Shown: piece after piece, positions 9,228-19,207 of the stretch
How positions within the stretch are numbered: position 1 is the first letter of the stretch
Layout: each line of letters starts with the position of its first letter
Assembly: GCA_005884925.1 (NCBI GenBank)
Contig: VAYU01000023.1
Coordinates: forward strand, 138,883 to 202,882
Direction: 5' to 3'
DNA length: 64,000 nucleotides
From: Actinomycetota bacterium
Lineage (GTDB): Bacteria > Actinomycetota > UBA4738 > HRBIN12
Made by a program: the position numbers and the translations under genes
The notes under the pieces: generated by a model
Told to the model about the DNA's origin: nothing
Database searches by the model: none
Seen by the model: the letters and a program-made list of their open reading frames with translations, nothing else

Positions 9228-9641
9228 GTACTCCGGACCTTGCGATCCCCACCAACCCGGCCAACCTCAGCGGCTCCCTAGCCATCGAGTGAGGTGATGA
9301 AGTCCACGAGCAGTTCTGGCATCGTCGTTCCGTTCACTTGGGTGTCGCGCTCGGCCATGGTCTCGGTCCTCTGCTGGTGGGTCGATCGTTGCTCGGCTCG
9401 CGTCCTCCTTGTACCCGGAAGCGTGGAGCCCAACCGGCTGGCGGTTACCTCCCGTCTGTACCACTTTCCGCCACCCGCTCCTTCCTATCCCCGCGAGCGC
9501 ATTTGAGGCACCTCCCCTTCGACTGCCCTGTGGTCTGATGTCAGGGCTAGTCCGGCGACCACGCCCCTGTCTGTCTTTCCCTATCGCGCACGACCGACCT
9601 CCCCCTGTCGTGTAGCAGGTCGCTCATCCGGGCTCTTCACC

Positions 9642-10778
9642 ATGACCTCGGTGACGTCGGGGGTCCTTGGCAAGAACTCGACCACCTCGTGTTGGAGGCC
9701 CCGACTAGGCTGGAAACGCGTGCCGACCGTCTACGACTTGACCCGTGAGCAGCTTGCCGAGCGTCTCGTCGCTTGGGGGGAACCGCCCTTCCGCGCCAAG
9801 CAGATCTGGTCCCAGCTATGGAAGCGGGCGGCGACCTACGACGCGATGTCCGATGTGGCGCCGGCGCTGCGCGAGCGGCTGGCGACCGAGCTGCCGCTCG
9901 GTGTCGAGGCCCTCGACGAGCGCACCGCCGACCGCGGAGCCACCCGGAAGGCGCTGCTCAAGCTCGGGGGCGCCCACGTGATCGAGGCCGTGCTGATGGG
10001 ATACCGAGATCGCGTCACGGTGTGTGTCTCGTCCCAGGCCGGGTGCGCGATGGGCTGCACGTTCTGCGCCACCGGCCAGATGGGTCTTCGGAACAACCTG
10101 ACCGCGGGCGAGATCGCGGCGCAGGTGATGTGGGCTCGACGGGAAGCGGGCAGGCTGCCGGCCACGACGCCGCAGCGCCTCGGCAACGTCGTTTTCATGG
10201 GCATGGGAGAACCCTTCGCGAACGAGCGCCACGTCTTCGGGGCGCTCGGGAAGCTGACCGACCGCGACGGTTTCGGGTTGGGTGCCCGGCACATCACCGT
10301 CTCGACCGTGGGGATCGCACCGGGGATCCGCCGGCTCGCGACCGGTCATCCGCAGGTCGGGCTTGCGGTGAGCTTCCACGCCGCGAGCGACGAGCTCCGC
10401 GATCAGCTGGTGCCACCCAACCACCGCTATCCCCTCGTGGCGCTTGAGGAGGCGATCGCCGCGTGGCGTTCGGCCACGCGGCGCCGGCCCTCGATCGAAT
10501 GGGCCCTGATCGATCATGTGAACGACACGGTCGAACAGGCCGAGCTCCTGGCACCGATCGCGAGGCGCCTCCATGCGCACGTGAACCTGATCCCGCTCAA
10601 CCCGACGCCGGGCTACCCCGTCGTCGGGTCACCGCCGGCGCGGATCCGGACGTTCGTGGCCGCGCTCGACCGGGCCGGTGTCAACGTCACCGTCCGTGAC
10701 ACCCGCGGACGGGATATCGACGCCGCCTGCGGCCAATTGGCGCTGTCGGCCGTGGGTCGCGCGTCGGCGTCCGGATAG
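9642..10778 (+). CDS. rlmN: 23S rRNA (adenine2503-C2)-methyltransferase / tRNA m2A37 methyltransferase RlmN (radical SAM)
   Basis: FRAKQIWSQLW, the CxxxCxxC radical-SAM cluster (AGCAMGCTFCATGQ), MGMGEPFAN and the C-terminal Cys (DIDAACGQL). The first 26 codons are not RlmN-like. An alternative GTG start at 9720 (VPTVYDLTREQLAERL) is plausible. Confidence 0.85.
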   Translation: MTSVTSGVLGKNSTTSCWRPRLGWKRVPTVYDLTREQLAERLVAWGEPPFRAKQIWSQLWKRAATYDAMSDVAPALRERLATELPLGVEALDERTADRGATRKALLKLGGAHVIEAVLMGYRDRVTVCVSSQAGCAMGCTFCATGQMGLRNNLTAGEIAAQVMWARREAGRLPATTPQRLGNVVFMGMGEPFANERHVFGALGKLTDRDGFGLGARHITVSTVGIAPGIRRLATGHPQVGLAVSFHAASDELRDQLVPPNHRYPLVALEEAIAAWRSATRRRPSIEWALIDHVNDTVEQAELLAPIARRLHAHVNLIPLNPTPGYPVVGSPPARIRTFVAALDRAGVNVTVRDTRGRDIDAACGQLALSAVGRASASG

Positions 10779-10796
10779 CTGACGAGCCGATAGGAC

Positions 10797-12479
10797 CTAA
10801 ACGACGTCGACGGGAACGGCGACGGGAAGCGGCCCCGGTTCGTCGAGCGGAAGGGCGACGGGAAGCGGCACGAGGTCGTCGACGGCGGCTGGGAGCAGCT
10901 CGGCAACCTCGACCAACGTCGGCCCCTCGAGCTCGATGTCGAGCGACGTCTCACGCACCGCTCCGCGGTCCGCGCCGGCCTCGAAGGCGTCGCCGAACAC
11001 CGGCTCGTCCGTCTCCGCCTCAAGGGGCGTCCCTCGACGGATCCGCCGGACGAAGTCGGCTCCGACCCACACACACACCGCGATCGCGATCGGGTGACCG
11101 AACGGGAGCTTGACCGTCTGCAGGTAGGTCGGCAATCGTGACGACTCGGTGACGAGCTGGGTCACCACGAAGAACGCGGAGAGGATCACCATGCCCCGCC
11201 GCGCGATCTTGGGCATCATCCACGCGAGCGGGAGCGCCCACACCAGGTACCACGTGAAGAGCACGGGCGACGGCAGCGTGATCGCGAGGAATGCCCACCC
11301 CCACGCGGCCGCCATCGCTTCGGGGGTCCGAGCCTCGACCGAGGTCCAGATCCGGTGCCCGATCGCGATCACCGCCGCGAGGGACAGCGTGAACAACAGG
11401 ATGCGAGCGGCCGTCGCCGCCGGCTCCCGGTACGGATCGCCGACCAGCCCCCCCAGCCCGGAGGCGACGCGAACGATCAGTTGCCCCGGTGCCATCCACG
11501 AGTCATGTCCCGATACCTCCATCAACCCGAGCGTCGGGTTCGTCCATTGCAGGAACGGGAGGGCGAGCGCGAGCCACACACCGGCGATGACGGCGCCGTA
11601 CATCGCGAGGACGCGGCGGCGGCGCTCGGGCGGCACGTTCGCGACGATGGCGACGACGAGCAGGACGAGCGGGACGACGGCGCTCGCTTTCACCGACATC
11701 CCGAGTGCGAGGGCGATCGCGGCGAGCAACTCGCGTCGCGCGAACAGGAGCGACACCGCACACGCGACGAAGAACGCGACGAGGATGTCGTTGTGGCCGC
11801 CTCCGACGACGTGGTACACGACGATCGGGTTACACCCGATCATCGCGATCGCGAAGGCGGCTCGTTCCGGCCGGACCTTCTGCACGAGCCGTCCGACGAC
11901 CGCGACCGTGCCCAGGCTCGCGAGCGCGGCGAGGAGCTGGAAGCTTGCGACCACTTCGGTCGGCTTCTTGACGACCCTCGTCATGAGCGCGGACATCCAG
12001 GTGAACAGCGGGCCGTACACCGACGGTGTCTCCCGCCATCCGGGCCAGGTGAGGTGCCACAGCCCGTTCAGGGGGAAATCGCTGGGAGTGAGCACGTACG
12101 GGTTCCCCCCGTACGTGCTCACGATCCGTCCGTAGTACGCGTAGCTGTAGACGTCGCGCGAGAACAACAGCGGCAGCATCAACACGATCGCGTGGAAACC
12201 GACGGTCAGCAGCACGACGGTGCGCACCGGGATGCGCCCCGCCCATGCCTCCCGCGCCAGGAGCACGAACCCCGAAGCGGCGCTGATGGTGGCGAGCAGC
12301 CCGACGAACATCAACGGGGTCGCGCCGAGGTGGCCGAGTCCCACCACGCCCGACATCCAGCGCAGGGGGTTGGCTGCCACCATCCCGATCGGCAGCAGCG
12401 GGTAGAAAGGAGAGTTGGGTGTGGCGGAGACCAGCGCGACGAACACCATGCCGCCGATCGAACACGCGACGGCGCGCAT
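10797..12479 (-). CDS. polytopic membrane glycosyltransferase-like protein (GT-C fold, DUF2029/GT87-like), paralog A
   Basis: >=10 TM helices and the conserved block LLFSRDVYSYAYYGRIVSTYGGNPYV shared with the paralog at 19208..20857. The likely start is ATG 12479 (MRAVACSIGGMVFVAL). The track ORF extends 42 non-hydrophobic codons further to 12605. The C-terminal tail is Pro/Leu/Val repetitive (PLPVALPLDEPGPLPVAVPVDVV). Confidence 0.65.
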   Translation of the reverse strand: MRAVACSIGGMVFVALVSATPNSPFYPLLPIGMVAANPLRWMSGVVGLGHLGATPLMFVGLLATISAASGFVLLAREAWAGRIPVRTVVLLTVGFHAIVLMLPLLFSRDVYSYAYYGRIVSTYGGNPYVLTPSDFPLNGLWHLTWPGWRETPSVYGPLFTWMSALMTRVVKKPTEVVASFQLLAALASLGTVAVVGRLVQKVRPERAAFAIAMIGCNPIVVYHVVGGGHNDILVAFFVACAVSLLFARRELLAAIALALGMSVKASAVVPLVLLVVAIVANVPPERRRRVLAMYGAVIAGVWLALALPFLQWTNPTLGLMEVSGHDSWMAPGQLIVRVASGLGGLVGDPYREPAATAARILLFTLSLAAVIAIGHRIWTSVEARTPEAMAAAWGWAFLAITLPSPVLFTWYLVWALPLAWMMPKIARRGMVILSAFFVVTQLVTESSRLPTYLQTVKLPFGHPIAIAVCVWVGADFVRRIRRGTPLEAETDEPVFGDAFEAGADRGAVRETSLDIELEGPTLVEVAELLPAAVDDLVPLPVALPLDEPGPLPVAVPVDVV

Positions 12480-12697
12480 GGCCTTCGGCGCCAAAGAGAA
12501 TGGTCGTTGGGTCGAGACCTGCAACGTGGGCCGGAATCTACCGTAGGGCTGGAGATCGAGGGCCTCGATGACGACGCCGGGGGGCCTTCGTAACGGTATC
12601 TCCACGCCCAGCCCCTCCCCCCGTATCGAACAAAGGTACCCACCGCCGTCGCGGAGCGCAACCGGCGGGCAGCTGCCTCGTATGCTGCGGCGTTGGC

Positions 12698-14290
12698 ATG
12701 GGCGTGATCGAGCTGACCGACGTCACCGTGGCCCTTCCCGGGGGCTGGACCCTGTTCGAGGGGGTGTCCTTCCGCGTACCCGACGGCGAGCACGCGGGCA
12801 TGATCGGTGCGAACGGGATCGGCAAGACGACGTTGCTCCGGTTGATGGCCGGCCAGGATCGACCGGCGGCCGGGACCGTTCGGGTCGAAGGCCGCGTCGG
12901 TTTGATGCAGCAGTTCATCGGGTCGAGGGAACGTCCGATGAGCGTTCGCGACTTCCTGCTCGGGCACAGCGAGCCGGCCGTCCGAGGGGCCGCGACCAGG
13001 GTGCGTGCTGCGGAGGAACGCCTTGCGGCCGAACCCGACGAGAAGGCTCAGCTCGCATACGCATCGGCGCTAGCGGCGTGGGAGCAGGCGGGGGGCTACC
13101 GTGCCGAGGTCCTGTGGGACCGCTGCGCACAGGCGGCGTTCGGCGGCGGCTATCCCGAGAGCGCCGATCGGATGGTCGATACGCTCTCCGGCGGTGAGCG
13201 CAAGCGGCTCGCCTTGGAGATCGTCTTCGCGTCGCCATCCGACGTCCTGCTGCTGGACGAGCCGGACAACATGCTCGACATCCAGGGCAAGGGATTGCTC
13301 GAGGTGACGATCGCGCAAGACCCCCGAACGATCCTGTTCGTCTCGCACGACCGGACGGTCCTTGACCGGGCGGCGACCCGGATCGTCACGCTCGAGGGAA
13401 GAGCGGCCTGGGTCCACGTCGGCGGCTTCTCGACGTATGCCGACGCCCGAGATGCCCGGGTCGAGCGTCTGGACGACCAACATCGTCGGTTCGAGGACGA
13501 GCGCCACCGGCTCAGCGAGATGGTGAAGGAGATGAAGCGGAAGGCGGCATACAACGAGGGCTGGGCGTCGAAGGCGCGATCGGCAGAACATCGCCTCGAG
13601 CGGTTCGAGACGCGCGAGAAGCCGCCCGAGAAGGCCGCGATCCAGGACGTGAAGATGCGCCTGGGCGGCGGCCGAACCGGGAAGGTGGTCATCCGCGCGC
13701 GTGACCTCTCGATCACCGGGATCGTCGAGCCGTTCGACGCCGAGGTCCGGTTCGGCGAGCGATTGGGGGTGATCGGGCCGAACGGGACCGGCAAGACGCA
13801 TCTGATCCGGCTGCTCGCCGGCGAGCCCGTGCCTCACGACGGTGAGTGGATGCTGGGTGCGCGGGTGACGCCGGGACACTTCGCGCAGCTGCACGATCGG
13901 GCCGACGTGGGCGACCAGCCGATCCGCGATGTGGTCCTGAAGAAGGGACTCGACCGGACCGCTACGATGTCGGCGCTCCGTCGCTACGAGTTGGATCGCG
14001 TCGCGGGGAACCCGTACCAGGCGTTGTCCGGCGGACAGCAGGCTCGGTTCCAGATCATGTTGATGGAGATCGACTCGCCCACCCTCCTGTTGCTGGACGA
14101 GCCCACGGACAATCTCGACGTCGCCTCGGCGGATGCGCTGGAAGAGGCGATCGGTCGGTACGAGGGGACGGTCGTGGCCGTCACGCACGACAGGTGGTTC
14201 ATGCGGTTGATGGATCGGTTCCTGTACTTCGACGATGACGGCGAGGTACGCGAGCTGCTCGGATCACCGTACGGCGTGGCCGTTCGGTGA
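12698..14290 (+). CDS. ABC-F family ATPase (tandem ABC cassettes, no TMD; EttA/ARE-type)
   Basis: Two Walker A motifs (GANGIGKTT, GPNGTGKTH), two signature motifs (LSGGERKR, LSGGQQAR), two Walker B motifs (LLLDEPDN, LLLDEPTD) and an interdomain linker rich in R/E. Confidence 0.85.
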   Translation: MGVIELTDVTVALPGGWTLFEGVSFRVPDGEHAGMIGANGIGKTTLLRLMAGQDRPAAGTVRVEGRVGLMQQFIGSRERPMSVRDFLLGHSEPAVRGAATRVRAAEERLAAEPDEKAQLAYASALAAWEQAGGYRAEVLWDRCAQAAFGGGYPESADRMVDTLSGGERKRLALEIVFASPSDVLLLDEPDNMLDIQGKGLLEVTIAQDPRTILFVSHDRTVLDRAATRIVTLEGRAAWVHVGGFSTYADARDARVERLDDQHRRFEDERHRLSEMVKEMKRKAAYNEGWASKARSAEHRLERFETREKPPEKAAIQDVKMRLGGGRTGKVVIRARDLSITGIVEPFDAEVRFGERLGVIGPNGTGKTHLIRLLAGEPVPHDGEWMLGARVTPGHFAQLHDRADVGDQPIRDVVLKKGLDRTATMSALRRYELDRVAGNPYQALSGGQQARFQIMLMEIDSPTLLLLDEPTDNLDVASADALEEAIGRYEGTVVAVTHDRWFMRLMDRFLYFDDDGEVRELLGSPYGVAVR

Positions 14291-14293
14291 GCC

Positions 14294-14566
14294 TCAGGAC
14301 GCTCGTTCCCGACGCTTCGGGCTCATCGCGCGACCCAGGAACGAGACGGTCACGGCGATCATGAGGGTGAAGAACGTGACGATCGCGACGATCGCGACGA
14401 GGAGGGCGGCGGGATCGGCGTGATCGGGCGCCGACCCGATCGCCTTCACGATCGCGTAGACGAAGATCACGACCCAGATCGTGGTCGGGATCATGAACGG
14501 GAGGGTGACGAGGAGCGCGAACGAGGTGATCGCGATCCCCGCGGCGAGGCCCCGGTGCTCACGCAT
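14294..14566 (-). CDS. small membrane protein (2 TM), hypothetical
   Basis: 90 aa with two long hydrophobic segments and a basic C-terminus. Convergent with the ABC-F gene (3-nt gap). Confidence 0.4.
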   Translation of the reverse strand: MREHRGLAAGIAITSFALLVTLPFMIPTTIWVVIFVYAIVKAIGSAPDHADPAALLVAIVAIVTFFTLMIAVTVSFLGRAMSPKRRERAS

Positions 14567-14631
14567 CGGCCGAGACTAGCAGTGCGTCAGTCGGCGGGAT
14601 CAGCCGGTGGTATCAGCTGGGAAGATGGGCC

Positions 14632-15561
14632 ATGTTCGACCGCCCGAGCACGTCAGCTCGATCGGCGCGACGGCTCGGCATCGTTGCCGTCTGGATAGCC
14701 ACGTTCGCCTGGGCGTGGGGCTACATCCTCGTGAAGTGGAGCGGTCTGGACGGACTGCATTTCGCGATGTTCCGGCTGTGGACGGGCGCGGCGATCTCGT
14801 GCCTCGCGCTGCTCGGCACGCGACGACGCCTGTCACGTGAGGCCTTCCGCGCATGTGCGCTTGGGGGCGTGTTCTTCGCAGCGGACATCGGGCTTGGGTT
14901 CAGCGCGATCAAGCACACGACGATCGCCGACGTCGCGGTGATCGGCGCGCTCGCGCCGGTCGCGATCGTCATCGTCTCGGCGCGTCGGCTGCACGAGCAC
15001 ATCGAGGGACGGGACTGGGTGTTGGTCGGGATCTCGTTCGTCGGGGTCGCGGTGGTCGCCATCGCGTCTTCCGGATTGCCCTCGTGGAGCCCCTTCGGCG
15101 ATCTGCTCGCGGTCGGTGGGATCGCGACCTGGAGCGCGTATTGGTTCTTCTCGCGGCACGTGCGGGAGCGTGCCGACCCCATCGTGTACTTCGCCTCCGT
15201 GATGGTGGCGGCGGCCCTGATCATGACGCCGACCGCGTTCCTGCTGGCGGGTGTCCCGCACTGGCCGGCCGCCCGAGACTGGCTCGCCATCGTGGGCGTG
15301 GCGCTCGTCCCGGGGTTCGTCGGGCACACGTTGGTGATCTGGTCGCACCGGCATGTCGAATCGTGGCTCTCGGCCCTGGTCACCCAATGCTCTCCTGTGG
15401 TCACGGTGACCCTCGCGTGGATCCTCCTCGGCGAGTCGCTGCCGCCCCTCGCCATCGCGGGTGGAGCGATCGTGATCGTCGCGACCGGGGTCGTGCTGGT
15501 CGCCGCCGCTCGGAGGGACGGTCGCGCGGATCTGGATGAAGCCGCCGAGCGGGTCAGCTGA
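14632..15561 (+). CDS. EamA family (DMT superfamily) transporter
   Basis: 309 aa, about 10 TM in two internal repeats. Typical DMT sequence features (ILVKWSG...FRLWTGAAI; ...VIWSHRHVESWLSALVTQCSPVVTVTLAWILLGESL). Confidence 0.75.
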   Translation: MFDRPSTSARSARRLGIVAVWIATFAWAWGYILVKWSGLDGLHFAMFRLWTGAAISCLALLGTRRRLSREAFRACALGGVFFAADIGLGFSAIKHTTIADVAVIGALAPVAIVIVSARRLHEHIEGRDWVLVGISFVGVAVVAIASSGLPSWSPFGDLLAVGGIATWSAYWFFSRHVRERADPIVYFASVMVAAALIMTPTAFLLAGVPHWPAARDWLAIVGVALVPGFVGHTLVIWSHRHVESWLSALVTQCSPVVTVTLAWILLGESLPPLAIAGGAIVIVATGVVLVAAARRDGRADLDEAAERVS

Positions 15562-16246
15562 GTGCCACGACGGGTTCGTCCGGGCGCGGCGGAGGGACAC
15601 CTTTGCGGGCCGACGGGGTCTTCGCTCCGCTGATCGTCAGGAGCACGGCTCCGGTCAGGATCGCGAGTCCGACGACGAGCACGACGATGCCGATCGGGCC
15701 GAGCGCCGGCAGCGTGATGGAGCCCGATGCGAGCACGGAGACCTGGGAGGCGCCGCTCGCGTTCATGATCACTAGCGTCCAGGTGCCTGGGGCAACCGGC
15801 CACGTGAGCGTCGCCGGGGACCCCTGCGCCATGGCGACCCAGAACGATTGCTCACCGGGCGGCTTCGGCCGCCTCGTCCCGGGCTCCGTTTCGGTGCGCA
15901 TCCCCCCCGGCCAGTTGACTTGAGTGATGCGGTCCACCTGGACGCGATCGAGGTACCGCGCCACATCGGAGGCCGGCCCGATCCCGACGAAGACGTCGCC
16001 GTGTCCGTTGTCCCCCTGAACCTTGACGCCCACCGTCGCGGCAAAGCTGCCGCTGGAAGGGAGCGCTTCGCTCAGATCGAGCGTCTCCAACACGAGCGCA
16101 TGCCCGCTGCTGAGGCCACGCGTTTGCGGGAGCGTGAACGAACCGTCGGTCCCGACGAGCACCACCAGGGCGATGCCACCGATCGTCATGAACAGACCGA
16201 GCAGGACCAGGGGGATCCCGAACCCGAGCTTCAACCCGCGTTTCAT
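15554..16246 (-). CDS. membrane-anchored hypothetical protein (N-terminal TM, Gly/Ser/Thr-rich beta-like ectodomain, C-terminal TM)
   Basis: The real start is the internal ATG at 16246 (MKRGLKLGFGIPLVLLGLFMTIGGIALVVLV). The upstream 180 codons of the track ORF are S/T/R-rich extension. The SD GGAGGA and the start lie inside a 14-bp-arm palindrome. Confidence 0.55.
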   Translation of the reverse strand: MKRGLKLGFGIPLVLLGLFMTIGGIALVVLVGTDGSFTLPQTRGLSSGHALVLETLDLSEALPSSGSFAATVGVKVQGDNGHGDVFVGIGPASDVARYLDRVQVDRITQVNWPGGMRTETEPGTRRPKPPGEQSFWVAMAQGSPATLTWPVAPGTWTLVIMNASGASQVSVLASGSITLPALGPIGIVVLVVGLAILTGAVLLTISGAKTPSARKGVPPPRPDEPVVALS

Positions 16247-16322
16247 GCGGGCCATCCTCCCACGAGGAGGATGGCCCGCCTGTTGACCCGGGCACCCCAT
16301 CGGAGTAGGTGAAGCCCCGTGG

Positions 16323-17597
16323 GTGAGAGCGCTGGGTGAGGCGGTACGGCTCGGCGACATGGTCGCACGCACGCCCGCGACCCGGGACCGTGTCGTTGAC
16401 TTCCTCCGGGCCGCGAGCATCGTGGCCGTAGTTTTCGGCCACTGGATGATCGGGATCGTCTGGTGGCAGGACGGGGTGCTCCGCACCACGAGCGCGGTCG
16501 GCGTGACGACGGGGCTCTGGCTCGCCACATGGTTCTTCCAGGTGATGCCCATCTTCTTCTTCGTCGGGGGCTTCTCGAACCTCGTCTCGCTCGAGGCATC
16601 GCGACGCCGAGGCGATCCAGACGGGCGCTTCGTGAAGGCCCGGGTGATGCGCCTGCTGCGGCCGTCGCTCGTGTTCTTCGCGATCTGGAGCGTCGTGATC
16701 ATCGCGATGCACCTGCTCGATGTCGGCGCCCCGACCGGACCGCGGATCTGGGACGGGACGAGGCTGCTTCGCTTGTTCCTCCCGCCAGGAGCCACCCTGC
16801 CGTTCGGGCCGCTCTGGTTCCTGGCGGTCTACCTCGTGGTCGTCTGCATCGCGCCCTGGATGGTCGACCTGCATCGCCGGTTCCGGTGGTGGGTGCCGGC
16901 CGTCATGGTGCTCGGTGCCTGCGCCGCCGACGTGGTGGGCTTCCAGCTCAGGATCTCGCCCGTCCGATGGGCGAACGTGGTCTTCGTCCTCCTGTTGCCG
17001 CACCAGCTCGGGTTCTTCTACGCCGACGGGACGTTCGCTCGGATCTCGAAGGGCTTCTTCTGGGCGATGGTGGCGATCGGGCTCGGCGGGCTCGTCGTCC
17101 TCACCAACCCACCGTTCTGGAGGCTCTTCGGGGACGTCCGTTTCGACTGGTTCCGCGGGATCGGCGCGTACCCGAAGAGCCTGCTCGGGACCGACGTCGA
17201 GCTGGTCTCGAACGCGTATCCGCCGACCGTCTGCTTCCTGCTGGGTGCGATCTGGTCGATCGGCGCCGTCATGTTGCTCCGGCCGTTCCTCGCGCGGTGG
17301 CTCCAGCGAGCGGGGCCCTGGAAGGTCACGATCGTCCTCAACAGCGTGATCATGACCTTATTCCTCTGGCACATGACCGCGTACCTCTTCACCGTGTTGA
17401 CCCTCTGGCCGCTCGGGCTCGGCCGTCAGCACGACAGCACCGCGGGATGGTGGCTGGAGCGGCCGCTGTGGATCGGGCTCTCCGCCCTGTACCTGGTCGG
17501 CCTCGTCGCCGTGTTCGGGCGGTTCGAGCGACCGGATGGTTCCGAGCGGCGAGGCGTCGCGGATCGCGCAGGGCTTAACACCTTGGCGCGGGGCTAG
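16323..17597 (+). CDS. acyltransferase family 3 (Acyl_transf_3, OafA/NolL-like) membrane O-acyltransferase
   Basis: 424 aa, about 10 TM, with characteristic N-terminal sequence features (FLRAASIVAVVFGHWMIG...FFFVGGF) of the Acyl_transf_3 family. Confidence 0.75.
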   Translation: MRALGEAVRLGDMVARTPATRDRVVDFLRAASIVAVVFGHWMIGIVWWQDGVLRTTSAVGVTTGLWLATWFFQVMPIFFFVGGFSNLVSLEASRRRGDPDGRFVKARVMRLLRPSLVFFAIWSVVIIAMHLLDVGAPTGPRIWDGTRLLRLFLPPGATLPFGPLWFLAVYLVVVCIAPWMVDLHRRFRWWVPAVMVLGACAADVVGFQLRISPVRWANVVFVLLLPHQLGFFYADGTFARISKGFFWAMVAIGLGGLVVLTNPPFWRLFGDVRFDWFRGIGAYPKSLLGTDVELVSNAYPPTVCFLLGAIWSIGAVMLLRPFLARWLQRAGPWKVTIVLNSVIMTLFLWHMTAYLFTVLTLWPLGLGRQHDSTAGWWLERPLWIGLSALYLVGLVAVFGRFERPDGSERRGVADRAGLNTLARG

Positions 17598-17824
17598 CCT
17601 CGAGTTGCGGGAGGCTCTCCACGAGCCGCTGAAGACGGCCGCTACGGTCCTGGCTCCCCGGGTCTCCAGGGGTCAAGCTCCGCGTCCTCCAGGTATCGGC
17701 TCAGGGTTCATCGTTCGCCGCGTGGCAAGGTGAAGGCTGGGCGCGTGAGGATGCGCTCGTCGACGCCCTGTCGGTGGATCGCGGAAGGTGGGAGAGACGG
17801 GTTGCGGCCCGCCACCTAGCTGGA

Positions 17825-19000
17825 TCATCCGGACACGACGATGTGTCGCGATGCATCCGGCGAGCCGGCTCGGTACCAGACGATGAGCAACGCGACGAGC
17901 GACACGTTTCGCCCGAGGATCGTCCAACGCTGGGCGGCGGGCGCCCACCCGAAAGGCATCAGATAGAAGAGCCCGAGGAGGCCCGCTGCCACGATGGCGA
18001 CGGCGGCGATCGTGGCAACGGTCCGTTCGTCGCCGTCGCCCTCGAAGGCCACCGCGGTCCAGGGCAGCAGCCAAGCGGCGTATTGCTCCGAGACGAGGGG
18101 TGAGAACACCAGGACCGCCGTCACGGCGGCGAGGCACGCGCCCCCTGCGGGGTCCCGTGCCTCGCCGCCTGCCCGGTGCCAAACCATGACCTCATAAGCC
18201 AGCAGGCCGAGGAACAGGAGGCCTTTGGCCCAGGTGGCGGCCTCGCCGATCCGCATGGCGCCCTGCTCGAGACTCGGCGTGCCGCGGCTCGTGAGCCAAA
18301 GAAGGTTCCCCTCGATGCTCTCGACCGACCACCCCCGCGCGCCGCGGAAGGACAGCACCTGGATGGGCCCTTTCGGACCGCCGACCAGGAGCCAGGCCAG
18401 AAGGACCACCAGGCAAACGGCACCCGCTGCGGCGAGCGCCCGCCACCGCCGGCTCACGACGAGCATGGGCGCGACGGCGAGCGGCCAGAGCTTCAACATC
18501 ACCGCCGACCCGAGGGCGACCCCTCCGCCCATGTCGTCCTTCCGGCGCGCGACAAGGGCCACACCCCACGTCGCGAGCGCAACCGACACGAGGTCGAAAC
18601 GTTGGTACAGGAACGACAGGAGCGGCACCCCTAGCAGGAGGTAGAGCGCGGCCGGGCGCCTACCCCATCCCCACCACATGCCGGCGGCTGCCGCAAGATC
18701 AGCGGCCGATGCGATGAACGCAAGCCGGATCGCCGTGGCCTCGGCGCCGCTGCCGCCTATCAACTGGATCACGACGTTCTCCGCGAACATGTACTCAACC
18801 GGGAAGTCCCGATACGGCGTGCCAGGCGAGGACGCGATCTGCTCGATCCGGAGCACATAGACGTCGGTGACGGGTTGGCTCGTCACCTCCGAGACGGTGT
18901 GCCCGAGGATCGCCATGCGGATCGCGACCAACGCGACGAAGACGACCGTCGGAGCCAGACGGAGGGGTCCAGCGATGGAGCCGTGGGTCTCACGGGTCAT
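17825..19000 (-). CDS. polytopic membrane protein, possible GT-C-type glycosyltransferase (unassigned family)
   Basis: 391 aa, >=9 TM. Divergently oriented to GT-C paralog B with a 207-nt intergenic region. No soluble domain. Confidence 0.5.
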   Translation of the reverse strand: MTRETHGSIAGPLRLAPTVVFVALVAIRMAILGHTVSEVTSQPVTDVYVLRIEQIASSPGTPYRDFPVEYMFAENVVIQLIGGSGAEATAIRLAFIASAADLAAAAGMWWGWGRRPAALYLLLGVPLLSFLYQRFDLVSVALATWGVALVARRKDDMGGGVALGSAVMLKLWPLAVAPMLVVSRRWRALAAAGAVCLVVLLAWLLVGGPKGPIQVLSFRGARGWSVESIEGNLLWLTSRGTPSLEQGAMRIGEAATWAKGLLFLGLLAYEVMVWHRAGGEARDPAGGACLAAVTAVLVFSPLVSEQYAAWLLPWTAVAFEGDGDERTVATIAAVAIVAAGLLGLFYLMPFGWAPAAQRWTILGRNVSLVALLIVWYRAGSPDASRHIVVSG

Positions 19001-19207
19001 GACGGCGCAACCGTAGCGGCAGCTCAGTGCCGCCGACGAGGAGACACGCGCGAGAAGCTGAGCGATCGCAGGCTTCGTTCTCGGCGGACAGCAGCTCCCG
19101 GAGGCCGCTTCGGCCTACGGCCCGAACGGGCTACACGGGCGAGACTGGTTGCCGACGGCATCTGTCGCGGCGCCAGTCCACGGGTCGTTCGAACGGATGC
19201 TGAGGTG

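Noticed and set aside
9286-9641. RNase P or SRP RNA in the long spacer
   Set aside because: Only a short AGUCCGG-like segment was seen. The spacer is too short for RNase P, and no conserved P4 or domain-IV helices could be matched by eye.
13070-14188. 372-aa ORF antisense to the ABC-F gene
   Set aside because: Typical high-GC antisense artefact. Arg/Asp/Gly-rich, no motifs, and fully overlapped by a strongly supported ABC-F gene.
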